Shown piece after piece: positions 1 to 12,264 of a DNA stretch of 64,000 nucleotides; position 1 is the first letter of the stretch, and each line of letters begins with the position of its first letter. The notes under the pieces are model-generated. The model worked only from the letters and a program-made list of their open reading frames with translations. It made no database searches and was not told where the DNA came from. The translations under genes and the position numbers were made by a program. Source of the DNA: the human T2T-CHM13v2.0 reference genome, Homo sapiens; the NCBI RefSeq assembly GCF_009914755.1, contig NC_060927.1; one strand, 5' to 3'.

Positions 1-137
1 AAAACAAAAACTAAGTTTTAGCCAAAAAAGAATGAAAACCATTGATTTTTTAATTCTCTTATCCTTCCTCCCATTTCCAGGCCTTGAAGTAGTCCCTGTT
101 GACACTTTCCAGGAATGTTTAACAGAAACACCCTAAC

Positions 138-300
138 GTGATGGTTAAGACTCCCGCTGCTTAGGTTCCATTTCTGGCTCTGTTACCTACTGTCTGTGCT
201 CTCAGGCAAGTTACTCTACCTCTCAGTTTCTTTGTATGAAATTAAGGGCAATAATAGCACCTGTGTCATAGGGTTTGTGTGAGAATTAATTTATTTAATA
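138..300 (+). mobile_element. MIR SINE relic
   Basis: GTGATGGTTAAGA...GGCAAGTTACTCTACCTCTCAGTTTC...AATAATAGCACC...GGGTTTGTGTGAGAATTAA follows the MIR core; boundaries approximate. Confidence 0.75.
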
Positions 301-339
301 TATAAATTGTGGTATTTAATTAACAGTTAATCAGGACAA

Positions 340-472
340 AAATAATTAATAAATACATCTTAGCATTTAGTACATGGAAGAGAAAGGGAGACATACAGAT
401 GATGACTAAAAAATTATTAATATGTCATAGCATTTAGTACATGGAAGAGAAAGGAAGATATACAAAGATGAA
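340..472. repeat. Two-copy tandem duplication, period 67 bp
   Basis: TAGCATTTAGTACATGGAAGAGAAAGG (27 nt) identical at 361-387 and 428-454; flanks similar but diverged. Confidence 0.9.
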
Positions 473-600
473 AAAAGACAAACTTTACACATAAATACAT
501 TTATAATTTTAAAAGGAAAAAGTAGCAAACTGACATGGATTTTGGAAATATGCTTCTGGTTTAATACATGATATTATTTGAGGTTATCACCCCACTTAGC

Positions 601-735
601 TTTCATTCATTGATTCATATATTTATACATTTAGCTAGTGTTTATTTAGCAGATATAGATATAAGATACTGCATCATGGATATACTTTAAGATGAATAAT
701 TGTATTCTTTTCTCAAAGAGCTTATTTTGTAGTAG
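601..735 (-). mobile_element. L2 LINE 3' end fragment
   Basis: TTCATTCATTGATTCA tail followed by degraded ...CTCAAAGAGCTTATTTTGTAGTAG, typical of the L2 3' end read antisense. Confidence 0.5.
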
Positions 736-959
736 TCAATATTATACATCTACACACAAACACATACACACACACACCAACGCAATAAAGAAAGGTGACA
801 TCTGTTTTGCATATGAATAGATCAGCAAAGAGAGAGAGAGATAGCTTCTAGCCAGTATGGTCTAGAAAAGGATTTACAGAGGTAGAGGATTTGGCCTGAT
901 TCATTGACGTAGGAAAAACAAAATGATGACTTAAAGGCTAAATTTGTTATGAGGTTAAA

Positions 960-1325
960 ACACACCCAGTATTTTAAGGATTTTTTTGGTATTATTTCCC
1001 AATATTTAAACATTGAAGTTTTTAATAAATGTCTGTATTTTCTGTATTTTGGATTTCCTTTTAAAAATTGGAAGATCTGGAAACAACCTTCTTTTCACAC
1101 TGCCACAATTGTTGGAGGCAAGTAATGATTGCCCCTCTAAAATGGCATACACTCTCTGCACTGCTGTGGCAGCAGTAGCAACATATTCAAACTTGTGAGC
1201 TGGATTCCAAACCTATAGCCACTGAAGAATCAGTGATGCACACAAATTAAAGACTTCAGTTCCAGGGTTACACAGTGCTTGCTGCATAGTGCCCACCAAA
1301 TCAGTCACTCTTTTACCTGTTTGGT
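960..1325 (+). mobile_element. hAT-Charlie relic (MER102/Charlie4-like)
   Basis: GGATTTCCTTTTAAAAATTGGAAGATCTGG...ACAATTGTTGGAGGCAAGTAATGATTGCCCCT resembles the MER102/Charlie4 consensus as recalled. Confidence 0.55.
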
Positions 1326-1428
1326 TCTTTCTTGAGAAATAGAAATGTACCCAACAGTGACACCTTACATAACTGAACTTACTAAACCTCTCCACATGTT
1401 GATCAGTCATATTTTGCATTGTTTAAAG

Positions 1429-1920
1429 CCGTGGTCCCTAACCTTTTTGGCACCAGGGAACAGTTTTGTGGAAGACAATTTTTCCACAGACCTGGAGTGG
1501 GGGAGAGGGTTTTAGGATGAATCAACCACATTACATGTATTGTGCACTTTATTTCTATTATCACATTGTAATAAGAAATGAAATAATTATACAACTCACC
1601 ATAATGTAGAATCAGTGGGAGCCCTGAGCTTGTTTTCCTGCAACTAGGCAGTCCATCTGGGGGTGATGGGAGACAGTGACAGATCTTCAGGCATTAGATT
1701 CTCAAAAGCAGCATGCAACCTAGATCCCTCACATGGACAGTTCACAGTGGGGTTCATGCTCCTATGAGAATCTAATGCTATCACTGATCTGACAGGATGT
1801 GGAGCACAGGCAGTAATAATGCAAGCCATGGGGAGCAGCTGTAAATACAGATGAAGCTTTGTTTGCCCACCTCATGCTCCGTGGCCTAGTTCCTAACCAA
1901 TCTGTGGTTGGGGGCCCCTG
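1429..1920 (+). mobile_element. MER1A non-autonomous hAT-Charlie DNA transposon
   Basis: TIRs CCGTGGTCCCTAACC / GGTTGGGGGCCCCTG; 8-bp TSD GTTTAAAG (1421-1428) vs GCTTAAAG (1921-1928); internal MER1 motifs TTTTGTGGAAGACAATTTTTCCAC and CAGGCATTAGATTCTCA. Confidence 0.92.
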
Positions 1921-2054
1921 GCTTAAAGGGTACTGGCCATACCTTTCCAGTGTCTGTACTATATGGAGGAGAGTTCAAATCCACAGTAGCAAGGCCACCT
2001 CTGAACTGTTTTCCTTTTTTCCACTTGCCCCTGTCTTAATAGTCATGTCATTCT

Positions 2055-2691
2055 TCTATCTTTTATTGTGGAAAAATTTACATAACATAAAATTTACTGT
2101 TTTAGCCATTTTTAAGTGTATAGCTCATCAGCATTAAGTACATCCACCTTGTTGTGCAACCATTACCACTATCCATCTCCAAAACTCTTTTCATCTTGCA
2201 AAACTGAAACTCTATACCCATTAAACAATAACTCCCTATTTTCCCTTTCCCCAACACCAAGCAACCAGTATTCTACTTTCTACCTCTCCAGATTTGACTA
2301 CTCTAGCTACTCATATAAGTGGAGTCATATAGAATTTGTCCTATTGTGACTGGAATACTTCACTTAGCATAATGTCTTCAAGGTTCATCCATATTGTAGC
2401 ATATGTTAGAATGTCCTTCTTTTTAAGGGCTGAATGATATTCAATTGTATGTATACATCACATTTTTAAAATTCACCTTTTTGTTATTGTAAATAGTGCT
2501 GCTATGAACAAAGGTGTACAAATACATGTTCTTGCTTTCAATTCTTGGGGTATATGTCCAGAAGTGGAATTGCTGGATCATATGGTAATTCTATGTTTAA
2601 TTTTTTTGAGGATCTGCCATGTGAATTTCCGTAGTGGCCTTACCATTTTACATTCCCTCCAGCAATGCACAAAGATTCCAATTTCTCCACT
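2055..2691 (-). mobile_element. L1MB-type LINE-1 3' fragment
   Basis: Antisense L1MB 3'UTR (CATAACATAAAATTTAC...AAACTGAAACTCTATACCCATTAAACAATAACTCC; GAAGTGGAATTGCTGGATCATATGGTAATTCTATG); probable TSD ATAGTCATGT at 2039-2048 and 2692-2701. Confidence 0.88.
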
Positions 2692-5600
2692 ATAGTCATG
2701 TGGCTTTTTTAGTGCTACTTCCCTTTCCTGCAGCAGAAACTTCTTTCTGTGTGGTAAGTTTGAGGTCTATCTCAAGATATGGTGCAACCAAAAAAGAATA
2801 TTAAGGTGGGTGTCAGAGTGAGATTCAACTTGAGAATTCTATAGGACTAGGAAAATATCTCTGTAATATATGCTTTTGCTAGGCATGTGGAAAGCCCTAA
2901 TCCTCCTTCTTCCAAGGAAAATAAGTTTGATCCCTTCTAACTGAAAAGATTTAATAGGTGTTAAAATGATTGAGACTTGAGCTTGAGGAATTGCAGAATT
3001 TTAATACCTAGCATAAAACATCCAACAGAAGCATACTTAAAAATTCTATATAATACAGGAGGAGGAAATTGGAAATAAAGAACCATTAAAATGAATTTCT
3101 TGTGTGGCATTAAAAGGAGGCCTGGGGAACTATCTTCATGGCTATATTTTCCAAATTACACAGTAAATATATTAATCGAAATGGTGCTAGATATAGCTTT
3201 TAGATACAGCTTTTAATTCATATCTATTTGCACCTGTAGTTGAGAAAGTTGGGGAATCTAAAACCATTAAGAGAATGTAACTGCTCTTGGAGAAGACAAG
3301 GTTTGGGGACTTGATGATATACTCAGCCTGGGGACTATGACAATGGGGAAAGTGTTTGCACCTGTTTACACAGGTGTCCTACTTTAAAAGTCCTCCTCCT
3401 CCTACTACAATAAAACCAAGTATTCTGGAGATAGAGAAGTGGCTCTGTATTAAGGAGTAGGCTGATGCCAAAAAAAATTTCCTAATTTCAGATCAGGTAG
3501 AGTGGAACCCATTCTATTTCCGCAGCTTCAAGATAGAGGGCCTAAAATGTCGAGATGCACCTTGTAGGTATTTTCACTGACTGAACTTGCACCAGAGCGT
3601 TTTCCAAGTGTTTATGTCCTAGTATTGAAAGACAGAATGCTCTGATGTTAAAAGCCCTACCTCATGGAGTTGGAGTCTGTAGAATCACCAAGAAAAAGCT
3701 GGTGACTGGTATCCACACAGCAAGCCTCACACCACGGGATCACTTGTGTCCCTGCTGCGGGAAGCAGAAGAATGGTGATCTTTAAGATCCTTCTGCTCTA
3801 GCATTTTTAAGTCTCCTTTAGCATTGCCCAAGCATGGTTCAGCTTCCTTTAAATTGCTATATGTACTGTTTTACTACCTGTGGTTTGAGATGGCTCAGTG
3901 ACTCGTCACTGCTATGTTTACATTTATTTATTCCAGTTAAATCTTTATATATCCTAATCAGTTTTTATTTCTATGCATAGATTTTAATACTTCACTTTTT
4001 AAACACTTGATTGATCCAATTACTATAATGTTACCTCATCACTTTCATTTGTCTTTTGTGCTTTTTTAAGGAGGTAGCATCCATCTAGTTTAGTTGTAAG
4101 ATGAAGTATCCTTGCTCATAGGAGACAATTAATTTGTGAACCCTCACAATACCTGTTATTTAACCCAAGAAATTAACCTTTGGAACGAAATGTGTTTTCT
4201 TCCATCAGCAGGTCCCTTTAGTGTTCCCAAGCCACACATGAGCCACACTTTAAAAGCAGATTAGAACTGACAACAATTAGTCACATGTCTGAATTTTTGA
4301 CGGAAAATAAAAATGAGCTGTTGTGCACAGAAGTCCAAAATTCATCTCTCTTTTGCCTAAGGTTTTCTTTCCTCAATATCCCTTCCCAGTTTAATATAAG
4401 ACTGTTGACTTAACAATGATGTATTTCAAGCTGAAGGCAGAAATGAATTTTGCATTAATAAATTGTTTTGAGATGGACTCAAAGAGTATTTCATTATATA
4501 GGAAAGGTAGCTATAAAACATGTTTGGTGGTCTTTCCATCATTACTACCTGTGGCCCATTTGTGGAGATGACATTTATCAGTGTGACAGAGAATATTAAG
4601 CAAGTGATAGACAGTTATTAGCTGAAGTCCTGATATATTTACACCATGGGAAAATGCACTTGGTATTTTCTTTCTGGCAACTGGTCTGCTGTTCATAATT
4701 TGATGGAAAATTGATTAATCACACATTTAACTCAATGCAAGATCTTCTACACTGTAATAAATTATGGCCATTAATCAATAACTACAAAGTAATTCCAGGA
4801 GTCTGGAGACATGCTGGTTTCTAATAGAAAAACTTGCACTTAGGCCTTCCTGCCAGTGACCACTTCATCTGAGGTATTTTGCACCTGCCTCAAACCAATT
4901 AGATGACATAATTAATGAACCTCAATACTCTTGATAATTTGTTATACAAAAGAAAGAATGTTTTGGCACATTCATTAAAACCTGATGTACAACACTTTGC
5001 AGAAAAGTAAAAAGAAAATAAAAAAAGATGAACCAAAACAAGAGAGGGGCTTATGCTGGGAATCTTGGGGTTTAAGTGTATATGTGGGAAGGCACATTCT
5101 TACTTCACGTTTGGTGAAGATTCAGTTGCATTTGTTAAAACAATCCAACAGAGTCTCTTTTCGTTAGAAAAGTGAACTCAGCCTGTATACAAAGTTTCAT
5201 GCCATCTTGTTTCTTTTATGACAAATTAAATGGTATGATTAGAATAAGTATTCAGGAAGCATTGTTTCAGAGGCATTCTAATAAATGTTTCCTTGGTTAA
5301 GTATCAGTTACAGTTTTACATATCACAGTCATTTTGCACCTGTTCTATGCAGCTAACAATAGGCTCTCAATATATTTTAGTGAGAGAAAGCCTGGGAAGA
5401 TAAAAAGAAAGCCAGTTTGCAGCTAATTCTGTCACTAGGAAACGGCAGGAGTAGATTGTGTTTAGAGACTTTGAAAAACAATTAGCTATGGATTATGGGT
5501 CTAAAAGGCCTTTCCTAACTGTACCTGGAAAATACTTTGCCCGTTTAATGCCTTCTAAGCTGTCACTGAGCTTGAACTTCAGTCCCAGTGATTAATGAAA

Positions 5601-6364
5601 AGCTGCAGGGCACAGCTAGAAGCTAAAGTCTCAATTATGAAAAAGCAGTAACTAGTTTAATGTGCTGATGCTTTTATACTTAAAGTGACAGCTATGAAAA
5701 ATGGCAATATTTCCAATCATGCTTTAATAATTTATCATTCATTTATTGGCATGTCCAATGTGCTTTACTCCCACTGTTCTTTTTCTCTTTTTAGGCTCCT
5801 GGTGTTATAATACTGAAGAACACAATATGATCTGGTTCCTTAAAAGGCAGATCTTTCTTTTCAGAAACTGGGCCCCAAAAATATATTTTCTGTCTCTCTC
5901 TCTCTTTCTCCCTCTTAATAGATATAAGTCATCCATCTTTATATCATCATTTATCTACATAATTTCCAATAAGTGCCACCACGTAGCAATAGAGTTTTTG
6001 AAAAGAGCATAATCCAGTGACCCTGTCCACTTCCAGGTCACAAAATGTCACCTTAATTTCTGACAGACACCTTAAATTATATGCCTTTAGCTGATTACAA
6101 AAGAAACCAGACAAGGTTGGTGGGGGAATCAGTTTAAGTCCACTCTTGCCAAGGGGAAATAAATGCAGATGCACATATGGTAGGCAATATAATCAAATTT
6201 TAGAGCAGTAAATGATGTAGGGGAAGATAGACAAATTTTTGAGGTTAATGATAACAAGGTACCTTATAAAATTATTTAGGTTTAATTTTACATTTTTAAT
6301 TTCAGTACTAAATTGGTTGGTCCATAGGTGTAATCATTTCCTTGATGTAGTTTATTAGATTATG

Positions 6365-6575
6365 TTAGACTTTGTTTACCATCAAAGGTACAGGGCTTGC
6401 TGTAGTACCTGGCACAGCACCTGAAGAGTATACAAATAAACAAGTGAATAAATTGAATCCGCAAAGCTGGGCTACTACTCAATTTCAGTTAAATTTCTCA
6501 AGTATTGCTTGAGTGCCCACTGTGTACTCAAACTTAAGTGTACAAAATGAGTGAGACTTCAAGGAACTCACAGGC
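6365..6575. mobile_element. Two degraded L2 3' ends, tail-to-tail
   Basis: GTACCTGGCACAG...GTGAATAAATTGAA (+) then TTGAGTGCCCACTGTGT...CTTCAAGGAACTCACAG (-). Confidence 0.45.
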
Positions 6576-8147
6576 CACAAGTATACTTTTAAGTATTTCA
6601 AATTGAGATTGTAACACAATATCATAAAGTTTTATATAAACTCAGACTTGATTGGGTGGTAAAATATTTTTCACTCTTCTTAAATGTAATGAAGGAACAA
6701 ATAAATATATATTTAGCAGTTGTTAAATTGTAATTATCTAGCATTTTGCTAAATTTGGCTTTAAAAATAGAATAGAAAGTACATATGAAATTAAGTAGTA
6801 TAGATAATATTTAAAAATTATCTTAATTCCATTTGTTGGCTAAATGTCTTTCTTTTTAAATTTTTTTGTAATTAAGCAACATATTTTCCTATTTTAAAGT
6901 AAAAAACATTTATATATCATGAAGTACGTTTAACTTCTCAGTAAAAGAAACTATTTTGGGAGTTACAGGAAGAAAATATATAATTAAAAATATCTTTCTT
7001 ATAATCTGACAGTGGGCAACATATTTTGATTTTTTTAAAAATTACTACCATCAAAGGAGCTAGGTACCTGCCCCCAAGGCTTCAGATCACAAATTTGTAA
7101 ATGAACATATCTACAAGTGAGGTCCTAAAACTTGTTTCAAAACAGGTGGCAGTTTTGCTGGTAAGACATTCACAGAACGGCTACAACATAACATAAGTTT
7201 AAAGCACTCCTGACTTGTTTGTCCCTGAGGAAGATCAGTTTTGAGCCATACAGCAGTGGTACTGCTTGCCAGACCACATGGATCTTGGTTTTTGATGAGC
7301 TATTAGAATATTGCATGAGTCCAATGACAAGAGTAGCACACATTGCCATTTCTTCGGTATGTGTTTGATCTGCTCCTATAAATCAAGCAGGTAGATGACA
7401 ATCTGTTCATAGGGCTGAGCTTACCAAAATAGTAAAAATAAAACTGAAAACTGGAAACTAGATTAAATCCAACAAGCTATAGATTTTTCTTCCGATAAAA
7501 GTACAAAAAAATTGTTACTTTGGGGGCGAGCAAAGGTATTGAATGCATTTTGAAAAAAAAAAAAACAACAGTATAATTACATGGAAAAATGATATCCTTT
7601 GGGGGCAATTATACTTAGTTACAGTAAGTAGTACATGGCGTTGGCTAATTTTCTTTCTGTTATTTTTTCTCTGTGAAAGGCTAGCTAAAAAAGTACAGGC
7701 CTATTGACTATTTTCTCTGGGTCTATGTAAATAGCTTGTTATTAAGACCATATTTATGTGCATTTAGTGTCTTAAACGGTACATTATCACTCTTACTTCA
7801 GCTATTCATATCAAGAAATATACCTGTTGATTTTTATTTTTTAATGACATTATTTTCTTCTCAATCGATTTAATTTATCCAATAACTTTCCTTTCAAACA
7901 CTTCAAATCACTTTCCAGGATTATTCTTAAATTTGAAGCCAATCATATTCTATCTTTAGGACTTTATTAAGGTTCAGCCCTATTCTTTGAGCATGATCTG
8001 GATGGGATCTCTGATAAGTCATATTTTCCCATTCTTTTCTCCAAATGTCTGTGAATTTTCTAGCATACATTGAAATGTACCATAGGTGTTGCATTGTTCT
8101 CTGTAGACATTGATCCAGGTGTCTGTCCACAAATGTTTACTCAGATA

Positions 8148-8215
8148 TGTGTACACACACACATGCACACACATCCTGCAGGTACACACAAATATACAAG
8201 TACACACACACACAC
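8148..8215. repeat. Interrupted (CA)n-rich microsatellite
   Basis: Several CACACA runs seen directly. Confidence 0.8.
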
Positions 8216-8909
8216 AAAACCCATATTCTGTTTTGGGTGTGTATAGAATGTCAGTCCTTATTTAATAAGTATATCAAACTTTTCCCTTTAATCTAGTCTA
8301 GTCCTATACAGAATTTAAAGAAAAGGTGATAGTTTTCTAAATAACTTCATTGCTTCTCCTTTGAGGGAAGGGAAAAAAGAGGTTTAAACCCAGCTGCTTG
8401 AAGCACAGTGAAGAGAAAAAAATATCCCTTGGGTGGCAGAAAACAGCTTTAGGCTTTTTGGGTAAGGATGACATGATCCCATCATAGAATTTGGGAATTT
8501 TCAATTAAAATTCTCCATCTATGGGTAGTTTCCCCACAGTTATGGGTAGTTTGCTCAGATCTTTTTCCCACCAGGTCAGACAAGGTTAAGATGTGGGAGC
8601 CCTGCCAGAAGCTTGGGCTATTAGGTCCAGCTGTAGAATTTTATCTTCTGCCTCTGCATTGTGGTGTCACTCCATCGCTACTTATTTTGATAGATAGTTC
8701 CTAATATAGCAGAAAATTTTCTTCTGGGAACTATCTAAGCAGCCATTATAAGCTTCAGTTTTAGAACATTTTAAACTAACATCCTGTCAACATTTTAGGT
8801 AATCTATATATGTAAACTTATGGTCTTTTCATAATAATTATATGATAATAATAGTGATAATAATTATGATCATGGTGATTGTTGACATTACCGATATATT
8901 TTTATAAAT

Positions 8910-9113
8910 TAATTTATTGAGAATAACACTAATTTGTTAAATTTTTACAACAACCCTATGAAGTAATTGTTATTATCCCCATTACATACATGACAAAACT
9001 GGTGCATAGTTTAAATATCTTGCCTAATTTTATATAACTAGTAAGTGAAAGAGTGGGAATTTGCACACAGACAGCCTTTCTTCAGAGTGTTCACTCTTAA
9101 TTGCTATGCCATA
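8910..9113 (-). mobile_element. MIR SINE
   Basis: ACAACAACCCTATGAAGTA...TATTATCCCCATT...AAAACTG...TTGCCTAA...ACTAGTAAGTG...CACTCTTAA, antisense MIR core. Confidence 0.85.
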
Positions 9114-10384
9114 CATATTCTTACTAAGTGTGAATCACTTTCTATTTTATAACGTAGTTGAACCATGGGAGAAATGAAGTCATTACAAAGTAGCTGCTGT
9201 GATGAGGTCTCTAGCAATTGAGAAGTTCATACAAAACAATTTTTTAACCATAATATCTCCTTCCCACCCATAACTCATTTTGCACTGCTTCCTTGCCCTT
9301 TGATCATACAAATTGAATGGAGAGAGGAGACTTATCATAATATTCATGATGTTTCCTACCACCTGGTGGCAACCATGTTGTCATTTCTGTACCATCCATT
9401 GGGTTCCCCTTCTTTATCTTGCTTCTACTTCATTTCATTCTACATCAAAATTGAAAGTAATTTTGTGAATTACTTTCTTTGGAAAGTGAACATAATACTT
9501 TGGAAATTAGCTGTTTCTACCTGTGCAAAATAGTTCCTTCAAGATAACATACCTCAAATTTCTGATTGGATTCATATTCAACTTTCAGAAATGCTGTCAT
9601 GTTTTAGTTTTATCTTTCTATTCTTGGTTCTAGTATAGTATATTTTACTTCTACATTTAGAACTCTGAACCAGATGCTAAATCTCCAAATTTCTGATACT
9701 GCCTATTAGTGTAGTATATAAATATAAGCTTTAATTATTGGCATTTTTGAGTATTTTATAGTCATTTCATCAGCTAATTTTATATGCTCCTTTCTTTAAA
9801 AGTTACTTGTCTTTATACTTTATGTCATTGTTTTCATTTATATTTCAGAAATTTAAGACTCTAGCACTTATAAAAATAACTTGTAAGTTTTAAATACAGT
9901 ATGATAAGCTATTAGAAAAAGCTGCAATCCTGAGAAATCTCACATAAAAGATTATATCATAAATATTCATTCAGTCGAGAAAATAAAGTTAGAAAATTGA
10001 GGGCTTCAGACCTAGAATATGAAGTTTATATTTCCTGCATGACTTAAGATAGTAAAATAGTTTTTTTTAATTGAAAGCTCAAACAATGAATCAAAAAATC
10101 AAATCTAGCAACACTGAATTTGAAGCTGACCAAATTCAATGGGTTTATAGACATCAATGCAAACTCCTGCACACCTCACAGCTGTCACCAGTAGACCAAA
10201 AAAGGCAGAGTTGAGAAGATACCTACTATAATAAAATAGATGTCTATTTCTATAGTGAAGCAAAACAGCTTTAAAAAAATTTGCTGATTCCCATTATGCT
10301 AAAACTGATTGTGGTTCATATCCATGTTTTAAATTAATTGATAAAACACTTTTAGAAATACTAAATGATTGGTGTTGGCTTTTT

Positions 10385-10475
10385 AGTAGTGTAATAGAGC
10401 TGGCTTATACTAGCTTATAAGAACTATTGCTACAATTTCAGAAACTTTGAGAGTCAGTTATTTAAGATAGCCATT
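10385..10475 (+). mobile_element. MER63 (hAT-Blackjack) left part
   Basis: GAGCTGGCTTATACTAGCTTATAAGAAC...TTTCAGAAACTTTGAGAGTCAGTTATTTAAGATAGCCATT matches the MER63 5' end. Confidence 0.7.
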
Positions 10476-11300
10476 GGGTTAAGGGATGCCTACATAGCTG
10501 GTAAAACATTATTTCTAGGTGTGTTTATGAGGGTGATTCGAGAAGAGATTAATGTTTGAATCAGTGGACTGAGTAAAGAAGAGCCACCCTCACTAATGTG
10601 GCAGACATCACCCAATCCAGTGAGGGCCCAAATAGAACAAAAAGGCAGACGACAAATTCTCCCTTTTTTGAGCTGGGGCACCCATCCTCTGCTGTCCTTG
10701 GACATCTGAACCTCAAGTTCTTCCCTTTTTGGGCTCTGGGACTTATACCAGGGACCCCATCTTAGTTTATTTGTGCTACTACAAAAGCATACCTGAGACT
10801 GGGAAATTTATAAAGAAGAGAGATTTATTTCCTCATCATTCTGGAAGCTGGGAATTCTGAGATCAAGGAGCTAGCACCTGTCAAAGACCTTCTTGCTGTG
10901 TCCTTACATAGCAGAAGGTGAAGGACAAGAGAGAAAAAGAGAGCTCACTGCCTCAAGCCCTTTTTAAAAAGACATTAATCCATTGGTAAGGGTAGAGCTG
11001 GCATCACTTCAGCACTTCCCATTAGGCCCCACTTTGCAACACTATTGCATTGGCTATTAAGTTTCCAACACATGAATGTTTAGAAGAGATCTTCAAACCA
11101 TAGCACTCCTCCCCCAACTACAAATCCTCAGGCCTTCCGACTTAGACTGAATTATACCACCAGTTTTTCTGTTCTCCAGCTTGCAGCCAGCCTGCTGTGG
11201 TCTCTATAATCGCATATGAGCCAATTCCCATAATAAATCACCTTTTATATATCTTTATATATCCTTCTTGTTCTGTTTATCTAGAGAACCCTGACTAATA
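10476..11300 (+). mobile_element. MLT2C/D-type ERVL solo LTR, interrupted by a MaLR LTR
   Basis: AAGGGATGCCTACATAGCTGGTAAAACATTATTTCTAGGTGTGT...GAGGGCCCAAATAGAACAAAAAGGC, resuming at 11106 to CCAATTCCCATAATAAATC...CTAGAGAACCCTGACTAATA. Confidence 0.88.
10758..11105 (-). mobile_element. MLT1A/MSTD-type MaLR solo LTR
   Basis: TCTTAGTTTATTTGTGCTAC...ATACCTGAGACTGGGAAATTTATAAAG...CCCATTAGGCCCCAC...TTCAAACCATAGCA. Confidence 0.88.
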
Positions 11301-11590
11301 TGGTAACAAATCCTAAAAAATCATTGCTTCACAATTAGTAACATTTTTACTAATGTCTTTGTTTTTGGCATTATTTATATCTATGTATGGTGGAAATGCT
11401 ATATGATGGTGTGCAATGGGATACCTCTTCTCCACTCTTCATTTAGACATATCACATTGCTAGCTTGAAATTGCCTAAGGAAGGAGGATTTACACCACAG
11501 AAATAGAAGAACTATACAAATTAAAGCCCTCCAATTTTCTCACCCACTATCATCTAGAACTGATTGTTAAACATTAGCCAGCATAGCTCT
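11301..11590 (+). mobile_element. MER63 (MER63B-like) right part
   Basis: TGTATGGTGGAAATGCTATATGATGGTGTGC...TAGCTTGAAATTGCC...TTTACACCACAGAAA...TTGTTAAACATTAGCCAGCA. Confidence 0.8.
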
Positions 11591-12264
11591 AGCTTTAATA
11601 GAAATTGTATTAATCTAATGAGATTTTACTTCAGTGTGAAATTAATATTTTCAACATTCATTATAAATATTCCCAGAAAGTTAGTTGGACTTTATGATAA
11701 ATAAATTTTCCCCTTTTAAAATCAGAAACAGTATTTAGACTTAATAAGTAAGCTTAATGCTTTCATCAATCAATTAACAGGTGGCCAGCCAGCAACCATT
11801 TTCAAGCTCCAATGATACTGGTTGCAGTGAATTGGTCCATTAGAAACAGCTGTATGGCAGTCTCCAGTTGTATTGAAGTATGCTTTTTAAGATATTGCTC
11901 ACTAAATCACATAAAGAACCTATTTTGGAGGACCAAATGGGTCTAGAAAAATTTCTCTCAGATTTAAATGTCTGATAGAGTTTGCTGTTCCTTAGCTATC
12001 AGACAGTTTTATCTCATAGAAGTGGTGCATCTTGTAACTGATTATGTCTCATGCTTAGTTTGACTGTTAAGCTCAGAGATAAATATGCCACACCCTTTAA
12101 CAATTGTGCAGGACATTCTGATATGCATTTTTCTGCAGCAACTTTAACACTGTCTTTATTTTACTAATCTATCTTTATCTTCTGTTTTGTATGTTTTTAT
12201 CTATGTATAGATGATATATATCAAACTGTCTGACTGGTATTTCTTATTTGGGAATTTCCCCTTC

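Noticed and set aside
6365-6575. Tail-to-tail L2 ends as a possible miR-28/151-type hairpin
   Set aside because: Arms too diverged to pair over a precursor-length stem.
7060-8130. Protein-looking minus-strand frames (MDRHLDQCLQRT...; ...ILESDLKCLKGKLLDKL; MAMCATLVIGLM...)
   Set aside because: No recognisable homology, no consistent splice boundaries, lengths within chance expectation.
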